Made by a program: the position numbers and the translations under genes
Notes under the pieces: model-generated
The model's input: only the letters and a program-made list of their open reading frames with translations
The model's database searches: none
What the model was told of the DNA's origin: nothing
Assembly (NCBI GenBank): GCA_963802335.1
Contig: CAWDIE010000009.1
Coordinates: 24,961 to 88,960, forward strand
Source: an uncultured Planctomycetota bacterium
GTDB taxonomy: Bacteria > Planctomycetota > PLA2 > JAEUHO01
Reading direction: 5' to 3'
DNA: 64,000 nt
In this document: in pieces, positions 55,904-64,000 of the stretch
How positions within the stretch are numbered: position 1 is the first letter of the stretch
Layout: each line of letters starts with the position of its first letter

Positions 55904-57571
55904 ATGCGTACCGTCCTCGTCGCCATTCTGTGTCTCGTCGCCTCCGTTGCGCTTCTTCTGGAAGCGTCCGCGGACCGCGGGGGGAGCCTCGAGGAGGCCA
56001 CGAAGCTCCGCGAGGCCTCGGCGGCCGACTGGAACGCCGGCCAGTACGCGGCCGCGGTCGAGAAGCTCAGTCGAGCCGCGGAGATCTACCGAGGGCTGCG
56101 GGGCGACTACAACTCGGACCTCGCCACCGTGCACCGCGCTCTTGTGTACAACCAGATCCGAGCGGGGACCGCCGACGATGCGCTCGACTCGCTTCGGGTG
56201 CTGATGGACCTGGTCAAGGAAACACCCTCGCTCGAAGGCGAGCTCCGCACCGCGAACGCCGCCTTCTACAACGCAGCCAAGGCGCAGCGATCACTCGACG
56301 AACAGCTGGCGATCCTGGCGCCCGTCCGCGCCGCCGCGCTCGAGCAGGAAAGCGACAAGCTCGCCGCGCAGGTGGCGCACGACATGGCGGGCATGTCCCG
56401 CGACGGAGGCAAGGTCCCGCAGGCCGTCGATCTCTTCGAGACGGCCATCGCCGAGCGCGACCGCATCGGCGACCTCGTCGGCAAGGCCTGGAGCCTCAAC
56501 AACCTGGCCAACATGTACCTCCGCGAGGGCATGCCGGATCAGGCGATGTTCCCGTTGATCGAAGCCTACCGCCTCGTGCACGAGGACCAGGTCGTGGACG
56601 TGCAGGCGACACTCGCCGTCAACCTGAAGGACGCGCTGAAGCAGCTGAAGGAGCGCCCGGGCATCACGGCGGATCACGCACGCTGGCTCTGGCGACTGGC
56701 CGAGGCCGGGGCCGAGAGCGCCGTGGCCGAAGTGATCCCCAGCGACTACCTCCTCCGCGAGGCGTGCGCCATGACCGAGCACCTCGAAGGGAGTCGGGCG
56801 GGGCACGTGCTGGCCAAGCGTCTCGACAAGAATCCGCTGACGGGGCAGCCGGTCGAAGTCCGGGCGAACCTGGATCTGGCCGCCGCGCGCATGGCCATCG
56901 ATGCCGGCAAGGCCGCGGACGCCCAGACCGTGCTGAAGAAGATGGACGTGGGGGAAGGGCTCTGCGCTGCCCATCTCCAGGCCCGTGTGCACACGCTCGG
57001 CGCCCTCGCCGCTGCGTGGCGCAAGCAGAAGGGCGCGTTCGATGAACAGGCCCGCCAGGCCGTCGAGGCCTGGGACGCCGTGGGGGACCGCGGCGGTCAG
57101 GAAGAGGCGCTCGCCAAGCTCGCCCCCGTGGCCGCCAAGCTGAAGGCCTCGAGCGCGCCCGAGCTCGAGGCACTCCACGCGCGTCTGAGCCAAGCGGGGA
57201 AGCCGGGCGGCCTCGGCGGCTCTGCGAGCGGGGGCGGCGATCGCAGCGGCTACAAGGACCTCGGCCTCCACGATCCCTTGTTCGAGATCGAGGCCGTGGA
57301 CGGCGCGATCGTCATCCGCGACGTCAACGCGAAGCACGAGACCAAGGTGGATGTGCGTTGGCAGCCGCGCAGCGTCGGGCTCAACGGCTTGTCGCTGACC
57401 GTGTTCGGGGGATGGGTCCGCATCGACTCACTGGCCTACGGCGGCGGCGCCGTGACGAGCGGTCAGCCGGGAACGACCACGGTCGAGGAAATGGGCGCCG
57501 TGATTCCCGTGCCCGGCGCAGGGAAGCTCGTCATCCTCAAGAACGGAGCGGTCACCTACGTCGCGGACTGA
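55904..57571 (+). CDS. Secreted TPR-like helical-repeat protein.
   Basis: GGAAGGGG SD before the ATG at 55904 (the track start at 55880 is less likely). Signal peptide and Ala/Leu-rich helical repeats. Confidence 0.7.
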   Translation: MRTVLVAILCLVASVALLLEASADRGGSLEEATKLREASAADWNAGQYAAAVEKLSRAAEIYRGLRGDYNSDLATVHRALVYNQIRAGTADDALDSLRVLMDLVKETPSLEGELRTANAAFYNAAKAQRSLDEQLAILAPVRAAALEQESDKLAAQVAHDMAGMSRDGGKVPQAVDLFETAIAERDRIGDLVGKAWSLNNLANMYLREGMPDQAMFPLIEAYRLVHEDQVVDVQATLAVNLKDALKQLKERPGITADHARWLWRLAEAGAESAVAEVIPSDYLLREACAMTEHLEGSRAGHVLAKRLDKNPLTGQPVEVRANLDLAAARMAIDAGKAADAQTVLKKMDVGEGLCAAHLQARVHTLGALAAAWRKQKGAFDEQARQAVEAWDAVGDRGGQEEALAKLAPVAAKLKASSAPELEALHARLSQAGKPGGLGGSASGGGDRSGYKDLGLHDPLFEIEAVDGAIVIRDVNAKHETKVDVRWQPRSVGLNGLSLTVFGGWVRIDSLAYGGGAVTSGQPGTTTVEEMGAVIPVPGAGKLVILKNGAVTYVAD

Positions 57572-57939
57572 GCCGCCCGGCGGGCCTGGATGAACGAGCG
57601 GATGGCCAGCACGAGATAGACGAGACAAGCCACGGCCACGAGAGCCTGAGCGATCGCGGCCTGCGGGCGCTCGAGCGCTTCGCCCCCGGCGAGCCGCGCG
57701 ACCTTCACCAGGCCCGACGCCGTGCCTCCGAGCCCAACCAGGGCGAGTACCGCCGCGATGTGCATCGCCATCTTGCGGGCGCTCTCCTTCCGGCCCCAGA
57801 GGCCCAGCGCGAGCATCGGCAGCCCCAGGAACGTCGGGATGAGCGCGGTCACGCTCTGCCGGCCCGTACCGAAGTACGCGGCGATCCCCAGGGCGATCAG
57901 GAAGAGAGCAAGCAGCTGGGTCCAGCGCGGCATGGACAT
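57556..57939 (-). CDS. Small 4-TM membrane protein.
   Basis: 127 aa, four hydrophobic helices, GGAG SD. Confidence 0.7.
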   Translation of the reverse strand: MSMPRWTQLLALFLIALGIAAYFGTGRQSVTALIPTFLGLPMLALGLWGRKESARKMAMHIAAVLALVGLGGTASGLVKVARLAGGEALERPQAAIAQALVAVACLVYLVLAIRSFIQARRAAQSAT

Positions 57940-57964
57940 GACGATCTCCGTTTGTGGAGGAGGG

Positions 57965-57994
57965 ATCCTACGTAGAATCGGGCGGTATGTCCAA
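57965..57994 (-). promoter_or_regulatory. Sigma-70-like promoter candidate for the small membrane protein gene.
   Basis: On the minus strand: TTGGAC-N18-TAGGAT, about 25 nt upstream of the ATG. It overlaps an AT-rich inverted repeat. Confidence 0.35.
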
Positions 57995-58032
57995 GTTTTT
58001 ATATGGACATAATGCCGGCGGATGCGCCGGGT

Positions 58033-58377
58033 CTAGAGCCCGCGCTCGGCGCGGAGCTGGCGCTCGGCCTCGAACCAATCCTCGTTCGCGTGGCCGACGC
58101 GGCACCCTGACTCTTCCCAGATCTGGCGGGCGCGTTCGCGAATCTCGGCGTCCGTCGGGGCCACCACCGCAGCCTTGGCCGCGGTCTTCTTGGTGACGCG
58201 CGGGGTCCGGGTCGCCTTCTTCGCCGGGCGCGGGGTCGCGGGGCGCTTGCGGGCCGCCGCCTTCTTCGCCTTGGTGGGCTGAGCCTTCTTCGAAGCACGC
58301 GCCTTGGCGGTCTTCGTCGGCTTGGTTGCCTTCTTCTTGGTCGTCGTCTTCTTGGACTTCTTCTTCGGGCTGGCCAT
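58033..58377 (-). CDS. Lys/Ala-rich histone-H1-like N-terminus fused to a DUF2934-like C-terminal domain.
   Basis: MASPKKKSKKTTTKKKATKPTK... followed by EIRERARQIWEESG...HANEDWFEAERQLR. GGGGAG SD before the ATG at 58377. Confidence 0.75.
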   Translation of the reverse strand: MASPKKKSKKTTTKKKATKPTKTAKARASKKAQPTKAKKAAARKRPATPRPAKKATRTPRVTKKTAAKAAVVAPTDAEIRERARQIWEESGCRVGHANEDWFEAERQLRAERGL

Positions 58378-58531
58378 CGAGCTGCGCTCCCCGGACCGCG
58401 TGTTCCGGTCCACTCATTTCCGTCCACGCGAGAAACGCATGGAAGTCCCGCATTGGACCACATCCGGCCGGAAGCGGAAGTGAAGATCGGGGCAGCGTCG
58501 CGCCAGGGCGGCCGGGCGCGTTGGGCCGTAG

Positions 58532-59496
58532 CTACCCGTCGGCGGCCCAATACGCCCGGAACCCGGCGGCCAGGGCGCGGGCCATGCGCTCCGTTCGCTC
58601 TGGATCGCCGGGCATCTCCTCGAAGGGGGTGAACGTGTCCACGAGGAGGTCGCGGCGCATCTCCAGACAGAGCGTTCGCCCGGGGTGCTGGGCGGCAAAG
58701 TGGTGGGCAAGCGTACTCGGGTGGAGCGCGTAGGTGCTGCCCTCCTGCGTGTCGTAGCCGGCGGCGCGTAGGCTGCCGCCCAGGGCTGCGACCAGGTCGC
58801 CGTTGGCGAGGCGCGTGCCCTCGGCCGTGCGGGTGATCATGTCGATCTCGGCGCGCAATGGCCACGCCTCCACCTGATCGGGTGCGTACGCGGCGCGCAA
58901 CCGCTCTACGATCCGCTCGTCGACTGGAACGTCCACCTCGCGCGGCGCGTAACTGTGGAGCATCAGCCCGACACCTCGTGCACCGACGATACGCGCGAAG
59001 GCTCGCTCCACGAGGCTTCGATAGGCGCCGTAGTGTGACAGGAGCACGCTCAGGTCGCCGGGGTCGCGCACGTACTCGACGATCCCCGGCGTCACCCCAC
59101 CCTCCGCGCTGCGGGTTGCCGGCGCCGCCGCATCGATCAGGCGGTTGCAGTCGACGAAGGTCCGCGGGAGGAGGCAACGCACCACCAGGACCGAGCGCGT
59201 GGGCTCCGCTACGACGAGAGCCCGCGCGAGCCCCTCGGCGACCTCGGGCGCGCCCACGTCCGTGTTGACGAAGAAGAAGTCCCGCAGGCCCTCGGGAAAC
59301 GGGCCCACGAGGTCGGCGGCCAACCGGTCGAAGTCCTCGGCGCGCGTGGCCCCATGCGGGACCTCGATCAGGAGATCGGGTCGCGCAGAGGCCGATGCGT
59401 CCCCCCCTCGATGGACGACGACGTCGCAGACCCGCGGAATCGAGGTGAGGCCGTCCAGGTCGAAGGCGTCAGCGGCCGGCGTGGGGGGGGCGTCAT
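58532..59496 (-). pseudogene. N-formylglutamate amidohydrolase-like (FGase family) protein. The 5' end is out of frame at a G8/C8 homopolymer.
   Basis: The conserved-looking N-terminus (..LLIEVPHGATRAEDF..) lies upstream of the first in-frame start. The only ATG (59496) is one frame off, separated by the C8 run (59483-59490 on the plus strand as G8). RTFVDCNR motif. Confidence 0.6.
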
Positions 59497-59551
59497 GCGC
59501 GAGACTCCGGGGCCAAGCAGCGCATCCTACGGCCCGGGGTCCGCGGTGACC

Positions 59552-60745
59552 TCACGCCAGCCAGAGGATCATCCACTTGACGATGAAGACGTGGATCACA
59601 TCGAAGAAGGCCAAGCCGATCAACGGCACGATCAGCATGGCCCGCGGCGACGGGCCCACGCTCTGCGTGATGGCCGCCATGTTCGCCACCCCGATCGGCG
59701 TGGCACCCATCGCCAAGCCGAAGTAGCCCGACGACACGACCGCCGCGTCGTAGTTCGAGCCCATGGCCCGAAACACCACGAACACCACGTACAGGGTCAA
59801 CACCAGCGTCTCGAGGGCCAGAAGGACGACGATTTCCTTCAGCGAGATGAAGACCATCGCGAGCGGAACCGCCATGATCGCCATCGCCACGAACAGGTTC
59901 AGCGAGACCTTCGCCCAGAGCCTCACGGCGGGACTGAGCGCCGGGGACGCCGCGTGAGGAAGCAGGAACGGCGCGAGGTTCGTAATGGCCGCGCCCGCGA
60001 GCAGCGTGGTTGCGAACGCCGGGATGTCGAGACCGACACGGAGCAAGAGGTCGTGCAGGAGTAGACCGAGACCCACGGATGCGGCGCCGGCCAGCGTCGC
60101 TCCCAGGAAGTCGTCGACGGAGATGGTGGGCTCGCTCGCGTTGGCTTCCTGGGAGGTGAGGACGACCTCGGCTTCTCCCTTCGGACGGAGACCGTGCCGA
60201 CGAATCAACCAGCGCCCGAGCGGTCCTCCGATCACGGCACCGAGCAACATGCCCATGGCCGCGACCGCAAGTCCCAGCTCTTCTGCCTGCAACAGACCCA
60301 GCTTCTCGAAGGTGGGGGCCCACGCGAGCACCGTGCCTGCCCCACCGCTGAGCGCGACCGAGCCGCCGAGCACACCGTAGACCGCCCGTCCACCGGTCAA
60401 GTGCACCGCACCCGCGCCGACCATGCTCTGGATGGGCAGCATCAGCACGGCGAGCGCAACGATGAGGAGAAGCGTCTTGCCGCCTTCCGCCAGGCGTTGC
60501 CACCGCGCGGAGAGGCCGACCGTCGCGAAGAACGCCAGGAGGAGCGTGTCGCGGCCGGCCGTCTCGAAGCGCAACTCGAGGCCTAGGGCTGTGAGCGTGG
60601 AGAAGAGGATGGCGGCGAGGAACCCGCCCGTGACCGCTTCCGGCACGCTGTTTCGCTGCAACCACGGGATGCGGCGCGTCAGGGCCCGCCCGGCGAAGTA
60701 CGCGAGCAGTGCAACGATCAGCGTTTCGTTGCGATTCAGGCTCAC
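59552..60745 (-). CDS. gltS: Sodium/glutamate symporter.
   Basis: Multi-TM GltS-like sequence (..ATVGLSA.., ..MGATPIGVANM..). GTGA start/stop overlap with the upstream gene. Confidence 0.8.
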   Translation of the reverse strand: MSLNRNETLIVALLAYFAGRALTRRIPWLQRNSVPEAVTGGFLAAILFSTLTALGLELRFETAGRDTLLLAFFATVGLSARWQRLAEGGKTLLLIVALAVLMLPIQSMVGAGAVHLTGGRAVYGVLGGSVALSGGAGTVLAWAPTFEKLGLLQAEELGLAVAAMGMLLGAVIGGPLGRWLIRRHGLRPKGEAEVVLTSQEANASEPTISVDDFLGATLAGAASVGLGLLLHDLLLRVGLDIPAFATTLLAGAAITNLAPFLLPHAASPALSPAVRLWAKVSLNLFVAMAIMAVPLAMVFISLKEIVVLLALETLVLTLYVVFVVFRAMGSNYDAAVVSSGYFGLAMGATPIGVANMAAITQSVGPSPRAMLIVPLIGLAFFDVIHVFIVKWMILWLA

Positions 60746-63426
60746 CGTGCCGGTCTCGTCGCGGTGCGGCAACCGCAGGCCCGTCGCGGGAGGGCGGCGG
60801 CCGGCGGGGTCGAAGGGGCCTCGTCGGGGATGGCCACATGCGTGGACTGCACGATCGGCTTCTGCCCCGGTCGGGGGTAGACGGTGATCAGGTGAAAGCC
60901 GTGGTCGTCGCTCCCATTGTCGCCGAGGTCGTCGAGGCGCGTGACCTTCGCATTCCGGCCCGCGTCGACCTTCATGTCGAGCCCCCAGTCGAACGGCTCG
61001 ACCGTCCGCTGCTTGACGAAGGGGCGCAGCGTGGACGTCTTGCCGTAGGGACAACCCGTCCAGCGCTGACCGGGGTCCTTCTGGAACACGGCGCCTCCCT
61101 GTTCCACGGATGCCCACGTCCCCTCGGCCACGTCATCGTTGTGGCCGAAGAACACGTGGTGGATGCCGCCTTCGTCCTGGCCCGAACCCTCCAGGTTGTC
61201 GTTCATCGCCTCGACCAGGAGGCGGGCGTGGTGGCAATGCTCGTCGGCCACCCACGAAGGGCCCATCCACTCCTGGTTGAACCGGTCGCCGGTCGTGAGA
61301 AGACGGGTCAGGTTGGCCCCGGCCGGCGTCACGACGGGCACGAAGAGCGGGTTCAGCGCCGAGTAGTTGATGCCGCCCCAGCCGAAGGTGAGTGTGTTGA
61401 ACGGCGTGTCGCCGTCGTCGTAGTGACCGTAGCCAACCTCCTTGCCGCTTCCCCCCGGATCCGGCACGGCCGCGCGCGGGTCGTGATGCATGAACACGAA
61501 CTGCAGGCCAGGCCCCTCGCCCGTCTGCCGCATGCGGGCGTTCTGCCTCCGGACGATGGCATCGAACCAGATGGCGTCCGCCGGGTCCACACCGCCCCCC
61601 CAGTTGTTGGCGATCGGCCCGATCTGGTCCCGGTAGAGCTGCGGAAGGTCGTACGTGTTCATCGCGAGGAACGAACACCCTCGGTAGTCGAACGCGACGT
61701 TGAGCGGTCCGAACTCGAAGACCCACTGCACCAGGCCGTCGTAGTAGGGATGGCGGGCCAGCCGGCCGACCTTCACCAGGGTCGGGAGGCGTTGGCCGAC
61801 CTCCTGCAGGCCGTGACCTACGGGGTAGGTGAGGAAGCGGATCGGCTCCGGTGGCACCTTCAGGATCTCACCGGCCCAGTCGAAGGCGTTGTTCAGCAAA
61901 CCGCCGTAGTTGGCGAAGCCGTCGTGGTTCCCGGGGACCGCGACCACCGGAATGCGCGCGCGCTCGAGTTCGTCTCGGACGAAGGGGAACTCGGTGTCGT
62001 AGGGCGAGCGAGGTGGGAGCAGCCCGAGCCCCGCCACGATTGCCGTGTGCGGCGAGGAGCTCAGACCCTCGCCGTCGCCCAGGTCTCCGGCGATGACGAT
62101 GAACTTGAGGCTCGCGAGCCGGGCCCGGATCTCGGGGCTCAGATGGGGCGAGGACTGCACCTCGGCGGTGTTGTCGTAGGCCCCCACCAGGCGCAGGAAG
62201 CGGTGGAGGTGGGTGCGATCGTCGTGAAACTGGAGGTCGCCGGCGGCGATGAACGAGAACGGTTCATCCTTCGTCGCCGGGTCATCCAGGAGGACCGGGA
62301 TGGGCTGGTGGCTGCGCGCGAGGAAGCGGGCGAGCATGCAGTCGACGTTCGTCGGGGCGCGGTCCGAGGCATGCCGCGGGTCGGGCGTACGCCAGGCCCA
62401 GTGGAGGATCACGGAGCGTGCGGCGTTCAGGTAGGCGTCGAAGCGCGTGGGAAGGTAACCGTCGATGCCCTCGGCGATCCGGAGGAGGTCCCGCTCGACG
62501 GGGCCGCGGCCTCCCTCGAACCGTGCCCCGCGAAACGCGCGTACGGCCTCGCGGAACCCGTACCAGTCGCCCTTGTCGAGCAAGGCGGCCACGGACCGGC
62601 CCCACGCCGTCTCGCAGTGCTCGATCTCACGGATCCGGGGGAAGAGCTGGATGTCGTAGTAGCCCGGCTGCAGGCCTGTGCCCTGCGCGTCCCCCACGGG
62701 CAAGGCATAGGCCCCCGCCCAGCGGTCGGGTTTGACGTGCGGGAGCGAGAGGGTCTTGCCGTTCGAGAGCGTCACCTCCACGGGATCCAGCGCCAGCTCG
62801 TAGGGTGCGAGCTCTACGGGGCGCCGCCGGTCTACGTCCTGCTCGCCGTGCGCGACGAGCCAGCCGCTGACCTTGCCGCGGGGATCGTTGCCGAGATTGC
62901 GGCGCGGCGAACGCCCCAGCCAGACCGTCTCGGCCGACAGGTCCCAGAAGAACGCGTCCGTGTCCAGGACAGCGGGAACGATCCACCGGAGCGCGTCGCC
63001 GTCGGGCAAGCGTACCCGCTCGGCTTCCACGATGGCCGGGGCGGTGAGGCGCGGGTAGAGCACCAGCGGGGGATACGGAGGCGTGTCGATCTGGGGGGGC
63101 TCGGTCGTCGAGATCCTCTCCGCGGCGAGTGCCAGGTGGGCATCGACGATGGCCCTGAGCGCGGCAGTCTGGACGGGAACGGGAGGCGCCTGCTCGGTCG
63201 CTCCCGCGTGCTGAGTCGAGCCAGCGGTCTTTTCGACCGCCGCGTCGATACGGTCCAGGTCCGTCTTGATGGCCGCCGACACGTCGCGGAGCCCGGTTGC
63301 GCCCGCGCCCCGCGGGTACACGGGGAACCCCTCCAGCGTGGTGCGGCACTTCACGCAGCCACCGGTGAGCAAGGCCCACGCGAGGAGAACGGCCGTCGTC
63401 GCTAGTCGCCTGGTGCCTCGCCGCAT
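60742..63426 (-). CDS. Large lipoprotein with a calcineurin-like metallophosphoesterase domain.
   Basis: AGGAGG SD before the ATG at 63426. Lipobox LLTGGC. Motifs FIAAGDLQFHD, IAGDLGDG, VPGNHDG, and FMHHDPR. Confidence 0.8.
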   Translation of the reverse strand: MRRGTRRLATTAVLLAWALLTGGCVKCRTTLEGFPVYPRGAGATGLRDVSAAIKTDLDRIDAAVEKTAGSTQHAGATEQAPPVPVQTAALRAIVDAHLALAAERISTTEPPQIDTPPYPPLVLYPRLTAPAIVEAERVRLPDGDALRWIVPAVLDTDAFFWDLSAETVWLGRSPRRNLGNDPRGKVSGWLVAHGEQDVDRRRPVELAPYELALDPVEVTLSNGKTLSLPHVKPDRWAGAYALPVGDAQGTGLQPGYYDIQLFPRIREIEHCETAWGRSVAALLDKGDWYGFREAVRAFRGARFEGGRGPVERDLLRIAEGIDGYLPTRFDAYLNAARSVILHWAWRTPDPRHASDRAPTNVDCMLARFLARSHQPIPVLLDDPATKDEPFSFIAAGDLQFHDDRTHLHRFLRLVGAYDNTAEVQSSPHLSPEIRARLASLKFIVIAGDLGDGEGLSSSPHTAIVAGLGLLPPRSPYDTEFPFVRDELERARIPVVAVPGNHDGFANYGGLLNNAFDWAGEILKVPPEPIRFLTYPVGHGLQEVGQRLPTLVKVGRLARHPYYDGLVQWVFEFGPLNVAFDYRGCSFLAMNTYDLPQLYRDQIGPIANNWGGGVDPADAIWFDAIVRRQNARMRQTGEGPGLQFVFMHHDPRAAVPDPGGSGKEVGYGHYDDGDTPFNTLTFGWGGINYSALNPLFVPVVTPAGANLTRLLTTGDRFNQEWMGPSWVADEHCHHARLLVEAMNDNLEGSGQDEGGIHHVFFGHNDDVAEGTWASVEQGGAVFQKDPGQRWTGCPYGKTSTLRPFVKQRTVEPFDWGLDMKVDAGRNAKVTRLDDLGDNGSDDHGFHLITVYPRPGQKPIVQSTHVAIPDEAPSTPPAAALPRRACGCRTATRPAR

Positions 63427-63892
63427 GCCGCCTCCTGGATCCGGATGGTGCCTCCGCGTTGTCATGTTCGGGTCCTGCCGCGTCCAGATGGGGGCGAAGC
63501 GGGTCGCGCGTGAGGGAAGGGTGTCCTCCGACCTCGTCCCTTTCACCGGGAATGTCCGGCCGGTTCACGCAATCGCCACAATCGGGGGGCATACCCGAGG
63601 CCGAGGCGCCGGGTTCTCCGGCGTCACGCGCGAGGACGTCCCATGCAACTCTGCAAGCTCGCCTCGGTACTCGGCATCGTGTTCGTGCTCTTCTGGATCG
63701 ACGTGCTGCTCGTCGGCCCGGCGCGGGAGGCTCGATGAGCGTTCGTGCCGGACCTCGACCTGACTTCGCTTCTCATTCTCCGAGATGAGCGCGTGCAAGC
63801 TACATCGTTCGTGTGCGAACGATGGGCGTTGCGCACACGGAGGCGCGCCGGTTGTGTGCGGTCGCCCGGCTGATTGGCAATACGATGCAACC

Positions 63893-64000
63893 GTGGAACG
63901 CCTAGCGAAAGCCGTGTGTCCGTACTGTGGCGTGGGCTGCGTCTTCGACGTGCACATCGAAGACGGCCATGCGAAGCGCCTCGAGTACGCGCTTGACCAT
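63893..64000 (+). CDS. N-terminus of a molybdopterin (bis-MGD) oxidoreductase such as nitrate reductase or formate dehydrogenase. Truncated by the window edge; the start is uncertain.
   Basis: KAVCPYCGVGCVFDVHIEDG... matches the Cx2Cx3C 4Fe-4S Mo/W-bisMGD-type motif. Confidence 0.5.
   Translation, partial: MERLAKAVCPYCGVGCVFDVHIEDGHAKRLEYALDH

Noticed and set aside
63643-63738. A 31-codon hydrophobic mini-ORF (MQLCKLASVLGIVFVLFWIDVLLVGPAREAR) upstream of the molybdoenzyme gene.
   Set aside because: It is too short to support from sequence alone, has no clear SD and belongs to no known family. It is noted only as part of the long leader region.

Overview
This is a high-GC chromosomal segment with dense coding on both strands. 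There are many long antisense ORF artefacts. The gene content looks like a Myxococcota or deltaproteobacterium-type organism; that is inference only. I support about 55 protein genes and found no rRNA, tRNA or CRISPR.

Recognisable blocks:
- a CusCBA/CzcCBA-type metal efflux operon (2780-9785, minus strand)
- a BlaI/BlaR1-type pair with its operator
- a translationally coupled 5-gene Rieske / split cytochrome b / multihaem cytochrome c operon (26624-31803)
- lgt, lnt, gltS, mtfA, an OmpR-type two-component pair, and a BcrAD/BadFG-type activase module

Most interesting observations:
1. A PDZ plus iodothyronine-deiodinase-like gene is split by an in-frame TGA exactly at the family's FGSxT-U-PPF active site. 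A hairpin follows at SECIS distance, so this is a candidate unannotated selenoprotein.
2. A dispersed REP/REPIN-like repeat family (core GTGACTGGCACCGTAC) occupies 8 intergenic loci. Its candidate cognate RAYT (IS200-like Y1 transposase) gene is flanked by inverted repeat units.
3. An IS110/IS1111-family element is inserted precisely into the palindromic core of one of those repeats. Its 3' non-coding arm contains a stem-loop carrying short strings identical to the target junction and to the donor circle junction, which makes it a bridge/seek-RNA candidate.
4. An unusual lipid-enzyme cluster: a PlsC acyltransferase fused to a permuted-papain (YiiX/C92-like) domain, a C92 paralog, and a ceramidase-like protein.
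5. Five independent reading-frame breaks fall in otherwise well-conserved genes. These are likely indel errors or pseudogenisation.

All family calls come from motif recognition by eye. No database search was run.
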